NCBI GenBank assembly: GCA_038891095.1
Contig: JAWAEV010000001.1
Location: forward strand, 100,468-164,467
DNA: 64,000 bases
Reading direction: 5' to 3'
Source: Candidatus Altiarchaeota archaeon
GTDB taxonomy: Archaea > Altiarchaeota > Altiarchaeia > IMC4 > QMZM01
The notes below the pieces were generated by a model that did not search any database, was not told where the DNA came from, and saw nothing but the letters and a program-made list of their open reading frames with translations. Below are positions 10,456 to 19,461 of the stretch, one piece after another. Position 1 is the stretch's first letter. Each line of letters begins with the position of its first letter. A program made the position numbers and the translations under genes.

Positions 10456-11685
10456 ATGGAAATGAAAAATAAAATTTTAAAAATTTATATTTGGATTGGA
10501 ATTTTGATTTTATTTATAAATTTTGTTAATGCATTTGATGGACATGAATTGATATTAGAGATAAAGAAAAGTGCACCTAAGGAAATTTCAGCTGAAGAAA
10601 TTTTGCAGGTGAAAATTGAAGTGATCAATTTTTATAATGATTCAGTGGCTGTAAAGTTAATAGAGAATGTAGATTTTGCTGAACCAATAGATAAAGAAAA
10701 TTTAGTTAAAAGACAGAATATAACTGAAACTAAGGATGAGGTTATCATTAATGAAATACGCTGGTTTAAACCTGATGGAATTTGCAATGTTGGTTGTAAA
10801 AGCAATGATAAAATTTGTGATCCTGATTGTAAATGTACTGCCATGCAAGATTCTGATTGCGCTGCCTTTATAGTTTCAATTCCGCCAAGATATGAATGGT
10901 CATTTACTTTGAAGCCTAATGAAAAAAAAGAAGTTTCATATAGAGTTAAACCATATAAAATTGGTTATATAAAAATTCCAAAAACAGTTGCTGAAACAAA
11001 CATTAAAGGAACTATAACAAGATTTTATTCAAATGAATTAATTGTTAGAGTAAAATGCAAAATTGATGGCATCTGCAGCAAAGATGAAAACTTTGGAAAT
11101 TGTCCTGAAGATTGTCCCTCAGGAGAAAGAGATAATTATTGTGATGAAATAAAAGATAGCATATGTGATCCTGATTGCCCAAGATATGCTGACCCTGATT
11201 GCATAACAGCTATATGTGGTGATGGTAAATGTGAGAAAGATAAAGAGGAAAACTATGAAAATTGTCCTGAAGATTGTAAAAAGCCAATAGTATGTGGCGA
11301 TAGAATTTGTGAATTAGCTGAGAATTTTGCAAATTGCCCTGAAGATTGTCCCTCAGGAGAAAGAGATAATTATTGTGATGCTCAATCTGATAGCAAATGT
11401 GACCCTGACTGTGAAAGAAAGTTAGATAGAGATTGTTTATGCAATAACAATGCTATCTGTGAAATTGAATTTGAAAATTTTTTAAATTGCCCAAAAGATT
11501 GTCCTTCAGGATCAAGAGATAATTATTGTGATGCCCAACCTGATGGCAAATGTGACCCTGACTGTGAAAATAATGAGGATATAGATTGCAAAAAGGATTA
11601 CAGCATAATTCTTATATTAATTTTTGTTGTCTTTATGATTTTAGCTTATTTATATTACAAAAAAAGAAAAGGTGAAATGCAATGA
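10456..11685 (+). CDS. Membrane-anchored partner protein 2: DUF11-like Ig domain + Cys/Asp stalk + TM
   Basis: Likely start MEMKNK just after the upstream stop (ORF track gives 10429); IKKSAP..VKIEV..LKPNEKKEVSYRV; several CPEDC/CDPDC units; TM + KKRK. Confidence 0.85.
   Translation: MEMKNKILKIYIWIGILILFINFVNAFDGHELILEIKKSAPKEISAEEILQVKIEVINFYNDSVAVKLIENVDFAEPIDKENLVKRQNITETKDEVIINEIRWFKPDGICNVGCKSNDKICDPDCKCTAMQDSDCAAFIVSIPPRYEWSFTLKPNEKKEVSYRVKPYKIGYIKIPKTVAETNIKGTITRFYSNELIVRVKCKIDGICSKDENFGNCPEDCPSGERDNYCDEIKDSICDPDCPRYADPDCITAICGDGKCEKDKEENYENCPEDCKKPIVCGDRICELAENFANCPEDCPSGERDNYCDAQSDSKCDPDCERKLDRDCLCNNNAICEIEFENFLNCPKDCPSGSRDNYCDAQPDGKCDPDCENNEDIDCKKDYSIILILIFVVFMILAYLYYKKRKGEMQ
11331..11601 (+). 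repeat. 271-bp inverted repeat, copy B
   Basis: Encodes NCPEDCPSGERDNYCD...DIDCKKDY, identical in protein to the 927..2510 copy. Confidence 0.9.
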
Positions 11686-13553
11686 TATCAAAAAGGAAAT
11701 TTTTCATTATTTCAATTTTATTTACATTACTTTTTACATTAAATGCCAATGCTCAATCAAGGGCAGAACTTGGAAATTTAGTTTTAAAGTTAATATGCCT
11801 TCTTTTCTATATAATTCCTGCAGTAATGGCTTTACTAATTTCTATTGGAGCAGTTTTTATTATCACTGGGGATGAAACAAAAAGAAATAAAGGAAAGAAA
11901 TTAATTTTGAATTCATTCATTGCATCTTTTATTTTAATTTTTTTAGCTTGGCTCGTGACATTAACCTCGCCGCAACTAAAATTTTCAGATTATGCTCTTT
12001 GCTTTAGTGAGAATGGAACTTTACAGTATCCAACAACAAGTACAATTTCTGGGATGTTAGCACCTTGGGCAGATGCAAGAGTTGGAATTACAACATCACC
12101 ACCACCAGAAGAAAAAGAAGTCTACACAGGGAAAAATGCTCCTGTATATTTTGATGGCTCAAATTCAAAGGATTTTGATGGGAGCATAGTTGATTATGAA
12201 TGGAATTTTGGAGATAGCTCAGCAATTGAGAAAGGGGTAAAAGTTTCGCATTCATATTCGGCTGACGGAACTTACACCGCAGAATTAAAAGTTACTGATA
12301 ACAGTGGTTTATCAGATACTGATATTGTTAAAATTTACATTCTACCTTTAGAGGCGCATATCTTAAAACCAAAAAATGGCCAAATTTTTATCTATCCTAA
12401 TGATGAAATAAAATTTGAAGGTGAAGCTAAATATGGAGCTCCATGTATGGCTCCAAATGAACCATATAAGTATAATTGGCAATCAAATTTGAAAGGTTTT
12501 CTCAGTAATGAAAAATCCTTTGTTTTAAAAGCAAGTGATTTAGGTTTAGGGATGCACTCCATAAGTTTAACAGTAACTGATTGTGCTGGAAATACAGCAG
12601 AGGATAGTATAACAATTATAATAAATATGCCGCTTTTTGTAGAAATTTTAAATCCAAAAAATGATAATGAAAAATTTGATTGCGATGAAAAATTTAAGGG
12701 CAATGTTTCAGGAGGCACTCCACCATATAAAGTCACATGGAAAGCAAACGGAAAAATTTTCAGTACAGGCACAATAAATGTTGATGGTGGTACTCATGAA
12801 ACTGAAAAAAGACCATCACCACCAGGAAAATATGACATAACTTTTGAAGCTGTTGATAAATATGGCTCAAAAGCTGATGATATGAAAAAAGAGATAGAGG
12901 TCATTCCTTGTAGTCCTTGTGATGTATACAAAGCGACAGGAGTTCTACCAAATAAATTTGACTGGAGGAATTATAATGGGAAAGATTATAATAGTCCGGT
13001 TAAAAATCAAGGTCGTTGCGGAAGCTGCTGGGCACACTCTGTAATCGGTGCAATGGAAGGAACATATAATGTTGAGCAAGATAACCCTGATTTAGATCCA
13101 AATCTCGCAGAACAATGCTTAGTGGGCTGTTGTAAATGTGCCTATGGGTGTGCAGGATGTCCCTTTGCTGGTTGGCCAAGTTGTCCATTGAATTACTTAA
13201 AGAGTCCTGGAACATCTACCGAGAGCCAATGTGCATACACAGCAAGTAATTCACCATGTTGTAGTAGCTGCAGTTCTAACACTTGGAAGATAAAAAATTG
13301 GGGCAGTGTTCCAAGTGATAGCAAAAAAATAAAAGAAGCATTGATATGCAATGGTCCACTCGCAGTTGCATCTTTTGCTTGGAGACATGCAATTGTGCTT
13401 TCTGGTTATGATGACACTCAAGGAGTTTGGATAATAAAGAATAGTTGGGGCACAGGTTGGGGTCAAGGTGGTTATGGTAGGATTCCGTATAATGGAGCTT
13501 ATGGTGATATAGTAGCGCATGCTGCATATGTTGATGGAGTAACTCCGCCTTAA
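11682..13553 (+). CDS. TrbC/VirB2 pilin-like hairpin fused to PKD domains and a papain-family (C1A) cysteine peptidase
   Basis: IIPAVMALLISIGAVFIITGDETKRNKGKKLILNSFIA; PNKFDWR..VKNQGRCGSCWA (Gln, Cys), HAIVLSGY (His), WIIKNSWG (Asn). Confidence 0.9.
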   Translation: MISKRKFFIISILFTLLFTLNANAQSRAELGNLVLKLICLLFYIIPAVMALLISIGAVFIITGDETKRNKGKKLILNSFIASFILIFLAWLVTLTSPQLKFSDYALCFSENGTLQYPTTSTISGMLAPWADARVGITTSPPPEEKEVYTGKNAPVYFDGSNSKDFDGSIVDYEWNFGDSSAIEKGVKVSHSYSADGTYTAELKVTDNSGLSDTDIVKIYILPLEAHILKPKNGQIFIYPNDEIKFEGEAKYGAPCMAPNEPYKYNWQSNLKGFLSNEKSFVLKASDLGLGMHSISLTVTDCAGNTAEDSITIIINMPLFVEILNPKNDNEKFDCDEKFKGNVSGGTPPYKVTWKANGKIFSTGTINVDGGTHETEKRPSPPGKYDITFEAVDKYGSKADDMKKEIEVIPCSPCDVYKATGVLPNKFDWRNYNGKDYNSPVKNQGRCGSCWAHSVIGAMEGTYNVEQDNPDLDPNLAEQCLVGCCKCAYGCAGCPFAGWPSCPLNYLKSPGTSTESQCAYTASNSPCCSSCSSNTWKIKNWGSVPSDSKKIKEALICNGPLAVASFAWRHAIVLSGYDDTQGVWIIKNSWGTGWGQGGYGRIPYNGAYGDIVAHAAYVDGVTPP

Positions 13554-13581
13554 AAAAATAAAGATAGGGGGTGAATTAAAA

Positions 13582-14547
13582 ATGTATGAGGTAATAAAAA
13601 AAATTTTTGTTTTTATCTTGATTTTAATTTTAAGCAATCTTGCAACATCGATGTTAAATCCTGCAGCAGTTTATTGCAATTCCTTAGGTTATGAGTATGT
13701 TATAGAACAAACCCCTGAAGGGGAAATTGGTTTTTGTAAATTTAAAGATGGGTCAAAATGCTCAGATTGGGAATTTTTATCAGGAAAATGCGGCCAGAAA
13801 TATAGCTACTGCTCAAAAGAAGGTTATAAGATTAAGACCACTACAGATTTTGAAAAGTGCGCTCATCTTTTTTCTGAAGAATGTGCAGTTTGTGTTTTAA
13901 AAAATGGTACTGAAATAGAGGTTACAAAATTGATGAATTTAAATTTTGATGAAGGTGTATGCGGAGATAACATATGCGTCTTAGGTGAAAATTTTCTTAG
14001 CTGTCCACAAGATTGTCCTTCTGGCTCTTATGATGGCTATTGTGATGGCCTAAAAGATGGCAAATGTGACCCTGACTGCGAAATTGGAAAAGATCCGGAT
14101 TGTAAAATTTCAACAACTATGACAACAATTGCAGTAATATGTGGAAATGGAAAATGTGAGCAAAATGAAAACTTTGGAAATTGTCCTGAAGATTGCCCCT
14201 CAGGAGAAAGAGATAATTATTGTGATGCTCAATCTGATAGCAAATGTGACCCTGACTGTAGAGCAGAGTTAGATCCAGATTGCATAACTGTGAGATGTGG
14301 TGATAAAATTTGTAATTTTGAACAAGGTGAAAATTTTTTAAACTGCAGAGAAGATTGTAGCTCAGGCTCAAAGGATAATTACTGTGATAAAATTGTTGAT
14401 AAAATTTGTGACCCTGACTGTACAAACTTAGAGGACCCTGATTGCAAGAGAACAGAGCCATTACCAATATATCTAATTCTAGTAATTCTGATAATTTCAC
14501 TACTCATAATATTTTTGATTAAAAAAATAAAATCAGGAAACTACTAA
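13582..14547 (+). CDS. Membrane-anchored partner protein 3: DUF333-like domain + Cys/Asp stalk + TM
   Basis: NPAAVYCNSLGY..GFCKFKDGSKCSDWEFLSGKC; three CGD/NxxC..ENF.xC.xDC units; C-terminal TM. Confidence 0.85.
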   Translation: MYEVIKKIFVFILILILSNLATSMLNPAAVYCNSLGYEYVIEQTPEGEIGFCKFKDGSKCSDWEFLSGKCGQKYSYCSKEGYKIKTTTDFEKCAHLFSEECAVCVLKNGTEIEVTKLMNLNFDEGVCGDNICVLGENFLSCPQDCPSGSYDGYCDGLKDGKCDPDCEIGKDPDCKISTTMTTIAVICGNGKCEQNENFGNCPEDCPSGERDNYCDAQSDSKCDPDCRAELDPDCITVRCGDKICNFEQGENFLNCREDCSSGSKDNYCDKIVDKICDPDCTNLEDPDCKRTEPLPIYLILVILIISLLIIFLIKKIKSGNY

Positions 14548-14574
14548 TTCAAGCTTTAAATTTATTAATCCAAA

Positions 14575-16182
14575 ATGAGAAAATGGATTGTGCACTTCAA
14601 GAAATTTCTATTTTTTACTTTTATCTCACTAATATTTCTTTATTTTGCAATTTTTACAAACGCTATAATAGATTGTAAATTTTATGGATGCGCAGAAAAT
14701 GAAAGGTGCATGGCTGATGGATTTTGCACTCCCCTCTCAGTTAAGGAATACTGCGAAAGTAAAGGTTTTCCATATAATGATGTAATTCTTACAGTAAATT
14801 GTAGCAAAGAACTTCCAAAAGAAAGAGAATTTCTATGTAAACAATGTAAAGGCGATTATGAATATTTAAAAAGAGTTAATAGCATAATTGATATAATTTT
14901 CAATGTTGCTGCTGGTATTGCAGTACTTTTACTTGTTGTGAATGGCTTTAGGTTTTTAGCATCAGAGGATACTTTTGCAAGAGAAAATTCAAAGAAGGCA
15001 ATTTTATATGTTCTTCTTGGTTTAGTGATATTAATTTTATCAAGAGCAATTATAAGCTCTTTACTATTACCGCCACTCTCTTTACCAAGAGAAACTACAA
15101 CTACTACTACTCAACAAGTAACTACAACATTGCCTCCGGTCTCAATGTGTATTGGCCTTCTTACATGCACGGATTGCTTAGCAAATAATTGCAAATGGTG
15201 TCATAATCCACAACTTGCCCCATCAATATGCATAGAAAATTGTAATGATTGCGATGCAATTCTTGGAACTTGTCTTCAATACACATGTGAAGTAACAACT
15301 ACAACATCGACAACAATAACTTTCATGACTACTATAACAGGAGCGACAACTACAACAACATCAACAACAATAAATGTACCTTGCGATTCTTTAGCACCGC
15401 CTAACTGTAATGGTATTTGTCCTTCAGGAGAAACATGCATAGCAGAGGGTAGCACTTGTAAATGTACTGTATTCACAACCACCACAACAACTACCACAAC
15501 CACTACAACTACAACAATAAGAGCAAAATTAACCGTTATGTTTGTGCCAGTAAATTGGATAGGATCACTTTCAACATTTGATTCTGCTGTGCAAACACAA
15601 GCAAATGAAATTCTAAAGAATATCCCATTAAAGGATTGTCCAAGTTCATTTGTTGTAAAGAAAGCAACATCAAATTGTAATATTGGATATATGAGCTGTA
15701 TGTGCCATGAATTAAGTAGAATATCTTCATGTGCTCAGGCAACTGGCGAAACATATGATTATGTTGTTGGTTTGCATAATGGTGATGTCTGTGGAAATGT
15801 CTTAGGGTTTTCTTGTTATGTTGGCACAGTCTTTTCTGAGACAAGTGTTACCTTAGTTGCAGTTCATGAACTTGGGCATGAATGGGGCTTAAATGATGAA
15901 TATTGTAGCCAACTTTGTCCAGGATGTCCTGCTGGGCCACCAAATGCATTAAGCAAGACAGAATTTTGTGACCCACAACCGGGAGGAGATTGCTGTGGTG
16001 CCTGTATTGGTTATAATCCACATTGCTATGGCAATGTTCAAAAAGATTGCATAGATAGTTCAGGAAACAAAATTTGTAATGGCAGAGCAATAATGAGTTA
16101 TGGCTCTGCTCCTGGTCCAAGAGGTCAAGATAGACCATCATGGAATCACTTGCTTACAATACCAAAGCTGAGATGTGGTTGA
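14575..16182 (+). CDS. Cys-rich domain + VirB2 pilin-like hairpin + Thr-rich linker + Zn metallopeptidase
   Basis: VAAGIAVLLLVVNGFRFLASEDTFARENSKKAILYVLLG; HELGHEWGLNDEY and Met-turn-like AIMSY. Confidence 0.85.
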   Translation: MRKWIVHFKKFLFFTFISLIFLYFAIFTNAIIDCKFYGCAENERCMADGFCTPLSVKEYCESKGFPYNDVILTVNCSKELPKEREFLCKQCKGDYEYLKRVNSIIDIIFNVAAGIAVLLLVVNGFRFLASEDTFARENSKKAILYVLLGLVILILSRAIISSLLLPPLSLPRETTTTTTQQVTTTLPPVSMCIGLLTCTDCLANNCKWCHNPQLAPSICIENCNDCDAILGTCLQYTCEVTTTTSTTITFMTTITGATTTTTSTTINVPCDSLAPPNCNGICPSGETCIAEGSTCKCTVFTTTTTTTTTTTTTTIRAKLTVMFVPVNWIGSLSTFDSAVQTQANEILKNIPLKDCPSSFVVKKATSNCNIGYMSCMCHELSRISSCAQATGETYDYVVGLHNGDVCGNVLGFSCYVGTVFSETSVTLVAVHELGHEWGLNDEYCSQLCPGCPAGPPNALSKTEFCDPQPGGDCCGACIGYNPHCYGNVQKDCIDSSGNKICNGRAIMSYGSAPGPRGQDRPSWNHLLTIPKLRCG

Positions 16183-16252
16183 AAGGTGAGAAAAGAGGGA
16201 GTAAAAATATATAAAGATTGGAAATAAAATCTAAATAGAAATTAAAAATAAA

Positions 16253-17116
16253 ATGAAAATTTCAATTTTAGCAGGTTTTTTTATTTCAATTTTTTTGATT
16301 TCTTTAGTTTATGGTGAAAAAGTTCTAAACATTGACCTTGAAGTTTTTAAAGACGATTCTGTAAAAGTAAATAAAATAATTCTAATGGAAGGAAATCCAA
16401 CTGTTTACATTTCTCCTGGAGAGTATAAACTAAGGATACTTGACTATGAAAACAATGTAATAGAGGAAATTCCAATAAATCTTGTTTTTATGGTAATGAC
16501 AGATCCTCCAAAGCCAACAGATTCTGCATTCATAAATTTAAGATTGCCTTATAAGCAGGAAATGCAAACTCTGAAATTATTTAATAAGGATATGGAAATT
16601 TTTTCTACAAAAATTCAACTCTGCAATAATGATAATGTATGTGATATAAATTATGAAAATTTTCTTAGTTGTCCTGAAGATTGTCCATTAGATAAAAAAG
16701 ATGGAATTTGCATAAAAGAAGCTGATAAAATTTGCGACCCTGATTGTGCAGAAGGTGTTGATCCTGATTGCAAAGCAGTGCCAACAACAATTGAGATTAC
16801 TCGCATAGAAACTACTAAAATAACTACTGTTATGACAACTACAACAACAATTCAAGATAAAAAGACGGACTTTTTTATCTATCTCCCTCTATTTATTATT
16901 ATTGTATTAATTTTATCTTTTGTTGTGATTATATACATGAGGAGAAAAATTAAAAAGAAGGAGAAAGGATTTGATAATAGCAAAGTAGTATCATGGGTAA
17001 GAGAAAAATTATCCAAAGGAGAAAATCCAGAAATTTTAAAGAAAGGTTTAGAAGCAGAAGGATATAGCCCTGAAATAGTAGATAAAATTCTTAGCGAAGA
17101 TGAAAATTTTAAATAA
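16253..17116 (+). CDS. Membrane-anchored partner protein 4: beta-rich domain + one Cys/Asp unit + TM + cytoplasmic helical domain
   Basis: Signal peptide; ENFLSCPEDCPLDKKDGIC..CDPDC; Thr-rich linker; TM; tail WVREKLSKGENPEILKKGLEAEGYS. Confidence 0.8.
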   Translation: MKISILAGFFISIFLISLVYGEKVLNIDLEVFKDDSVKVNKIILMEGNPTVYISPGEYKLRILDYENNVIEEIPINLVFMVMTDPPKPTDSAFINLRLPYKQEMQTLKLFNKDMEIFSTKIQLCNNDNVCDINYENFLSCPEDCPLDKKDGICIKEADKICDPDCAEGVDPDCKAVPTTIEITRIETTKITTVMTTTTTIQDKKTDFFIYLPLFIIIVLILSFVVIIYMRRKIKKKEKGFDNSKVVSWVREKLSKGENPEILKKGLEAEGYSPEIVDKILSEDENFK

Positions 17117-17579
17117 ATTTATGGCTTTATTAGGAATTTTCTTTATTTTGAATTTTTCTACAGGATATGATTGCAAGCTTGAGGGATGCCCACCAGATTA
17201 TAGATGTATGGCAAATGGAGAATGCACACCACTAAAAGTGAAAGAGTATTGTGAAGATCATGGAAAACCACCTTACATTTACAATGATGCTCTCCTCTTG
17301 AGAAATTGTAGCGATATCTTGAATGAGAACGAGCAAAAGCTTTGCATGCAATGTAAAGGAGATTATGAATTAAGGAAAAATGTTAGCGACATTGAAAATA
17401 TTGTATATGGTATAACTGCTGGAATTGCAATTCTATTTCTTGTTGTTAATGCCATAAGATTAATTACTTCATATGATCCTGAAAGTAGGGAAAATTCAAA
17501 GAAAGCAATCATTTATGTTATAATAGCAGTTATAATAATTGCAATTGCAACGAAATTTATTGAATATCTTCTAATGTGA
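17100..17579 (+). CDS. Cys-rich domain + VirB2 pilin-like hairpin (cargo-less paralog of the 14575 N-terminus)
   Basis: DCKLEGC..RCMANGECTPLKVKEYC vs DCKFYGC..RCMADGFCTPLSVKEYC; shared RENSKKAI. Confidence 0.8.
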   Translation: MKILNKFMALLGIFFILNFSTGYDCKLEGCPPDYRCMANGECTPLKVKEYCEDHGKPPYIYNDALLLRNCSDILNENEQKLCMQCKGDYELRKNVSDIENIVYGITAGIAILFLVVNAIRLITSYDPESRENSKKAIIYVIIAVIIIAIATKFIEYLLM

Positions 17580-17582
17580 AAA

Positions 17583-18374
17583 GTGGCATTTGTTGATGTA
17601 GTTTCAGATATAAATACTGTGCTCTATGGAATAGCAGCAGGTATAGCAATATTGATGATAACTTTCTATGGAATTAAATGGAAAATTTCAGAAAGTTCTC
17701 AAGATAGAGAAGAGGCTAAGAGAGGAATTTTGAATGTTATTTTTGGTTTGGCAATTATAATAATTGCTGGAAATTTAGTTGGCTTGATTCTAGGTCCTAC
17801 ACCACCAGGAGGAACAACAACCACAACTTTGCCAGGAGGGACAACAACTCGTCTAACTACAACACGAATCACAACAACAATGCCAGGATGGACAACAACT
17901 TCTGCTGAAACAACCACAACAGCTTATGTAACAACATCAACAACGCTCATTGAATGCTATCAGGCATGTATAGATAATGGCTATCTATATGGAACATGCA
18001 AAGCATTTTGCAATACTGATGATGAAGTGCAATTAGATGTAGTTTATGTAAATTGTCCATTAGGCACATTATGTTGTTGTAAGAAAGCTATAACAACAAG
18101 CACTACAACAACGAGCATAACAACAAGTACAACTTCAACAACAAAAACTACTACTACAACTACAAGCACTTCAACCACAACTACTGTCGCATGTGCAATT
18201 GGTGAGTGTAGCAAAAAACCAGATCAAGTATGTAGACTTGCAGAAGCAGCAGGATGGTGCTACTCATTTGATGATCCTACTGGAAGAGTAAAGGGATTAG
18301 ACGAGCAATGCGGTCCAGGGATGAGACAATGTTGCTGTGATAATTATGCCAAATGCTGTGGACCACCACCATAA
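17583..18374 (+). CDS. VirB2 pilin-like hairpin + Thr-rich linkers + small Cys-rich domains
   Basis: GTG start; IAAGIAILMITFYGIKWKISESSQDREEAKRGILNVIFGLAIII. Confidence 0.75.
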   Translation: MAFVDVVSDINTVLYGIAAGIAILMITFYGIKWKISESSQDREEAKRGILNVIFGLAIIIIAGNLVGLILGPTPPGGTTTTTLPGGTTTRLTTTRITTTMPGWTTTSAETTTTAYVTTSTTLIECYQACIDNGYLYGTCKAFCNTDDEVQLDVVYVNCPLGTLCCCKKAITTSTTTTSITTSTTSTTKTTTTTTSTSTTTTVACAIGECSKKPDQVCRLAEAAGWCYSFDDPTGRVKGLDEQCGPGMRQCCCDNYAKCCGPPP

Positions 18375-18379
18375 AGAGG

Positions 18380-19000
18380 TCACCAACAACAACAAGATTG
18401 TAAAAATCCACAATTATATTGGCCTATACTTGTTCTACCAAATAGAAAACATGGGATTATTGAACAGCTATAACTTTTATATCCTTTTAGGATACACTGT
18501 TCTGAACATGAATTTATATATAATTGTTGAGGTGAAGCAAGAGAAGTTACACAAGGAAGAGTACATCCCTTTATCCAGATATCCAACAAAACATACAATA
18601 TATCGTCGGGAATTTTATATTTCTTCCAATCATCTAAAGCTGCTTGCATTTCAGGATCATCTAACTTTTTATTTTTATTAGCATCATATTCACACGCTTT
18701 TGCTCCTCCAATTGCTAAAAGCCTATCACATGGCATTATCTTATATAGTATATACTTGATTTTTACTCCGGATTCCGCTCCATTTTCCTCACATGTAGCA
18801 GTAGAAAGATCCTTTGTGATGTAATACTTTACTATATCATTTATCTCAGCTGCTGTTAAATTCATCTTTCTCAGACCACGTAAATCTTTAATACCATCAA
18901 TGATATAAGACTCGTACTCGCTTTCTGTTGGACATTCTGCAACAACAGGGAGAGTACTAAAAATTAAAATCATTCCTATAAAAAAAATTAATTTTTTCAT
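18380..19000 (-). CDS. Secreted protein with EF-hand/dockerin-like motif and Cys-rich tail
   Basis: Signal peptide; CEYDANKNKKLDDPEMQAALDDW. Confidence 0.7.
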   Translation of the reverse strand: MKKLIFFIGMILIFSTLPVVAECPTESEYESYIIDGIKDLRGLRKMNLTAAEINDIVKYYITKDLSTATCEENGAESGVKIKYILYKIMPCDRLLAIGGAKACEYDANKNKKLDDPEMQAALDDWKKYKIPDDILYVLLDIWIKGCTLPCVTSLASPQQLYINSCSEQCILKGYKSYSCSIIPCFLFGRTSIGQYNCGFLQSCCCW

Positions 19001-19461
19001 TTTCTAATTCTATATTTCTCTCTTTTTTTATTAAATAAACTTTTCGTTGAGTTATACACTAACAATACAAAAATTATGATAATTGATAAAATTGCGAGAG
19101 TTATAACAAATTCATCTTTTTGAGATTCAATTTTAGTTTCCTTATTAGTTGGATGGAGTAATAGCTCCTCACATCCTGATTTTTCTCCATTATCACATAA
19201 AATTTTCCAATAATAAGTTCCCTGAGCTTTAGGTTGCCAATTTATTAAGCCTCCAGTAACAGAAAGCTCGTATATTGGCATTCCTTGGCATTTAGTAAGG
19301 TAAATGTTAACAAAACCATTTTGACAATTTGTTTTACATCTACAATTTTCAGTAGTACATTCATAACATTCTATATTAAACGCAAGAGTTAGCTGTGATA
19401 GATATAATAGAGCTAGTAATACCATGAATTCTATGCTAATTCTAAAAATTTTTTTTAACAT
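18997..19461 (-). CDS. Small Cys-rich membrane-anchored protein
   Basis: Signal peptide, CxxC..CxC..C, C-terminal TM + basic tail; overlaps both neighbours. Confidence 0.7.
   Translation of the reverse strand: MLKKIFRISIEFMVLLALLYLSQLTLAFNIECYECTTENCRCKTNCQNGFVNIYLTKCQGMPIYELSVTGGLINWQPKAQGTYYWKILCDNGEKSGCEELLLHPTNKETKIESQKDEFVITLAILSIIIIFVLLVYNSTKSLFNKKREKYRIRK

Noticed and set aside
1008-11601. Diversity-generating retroelement TR/VR pair
   Set aside because: Only two synonymous mismatches, both copies encode the same stalk, and no reverse transcriptase is present in the window
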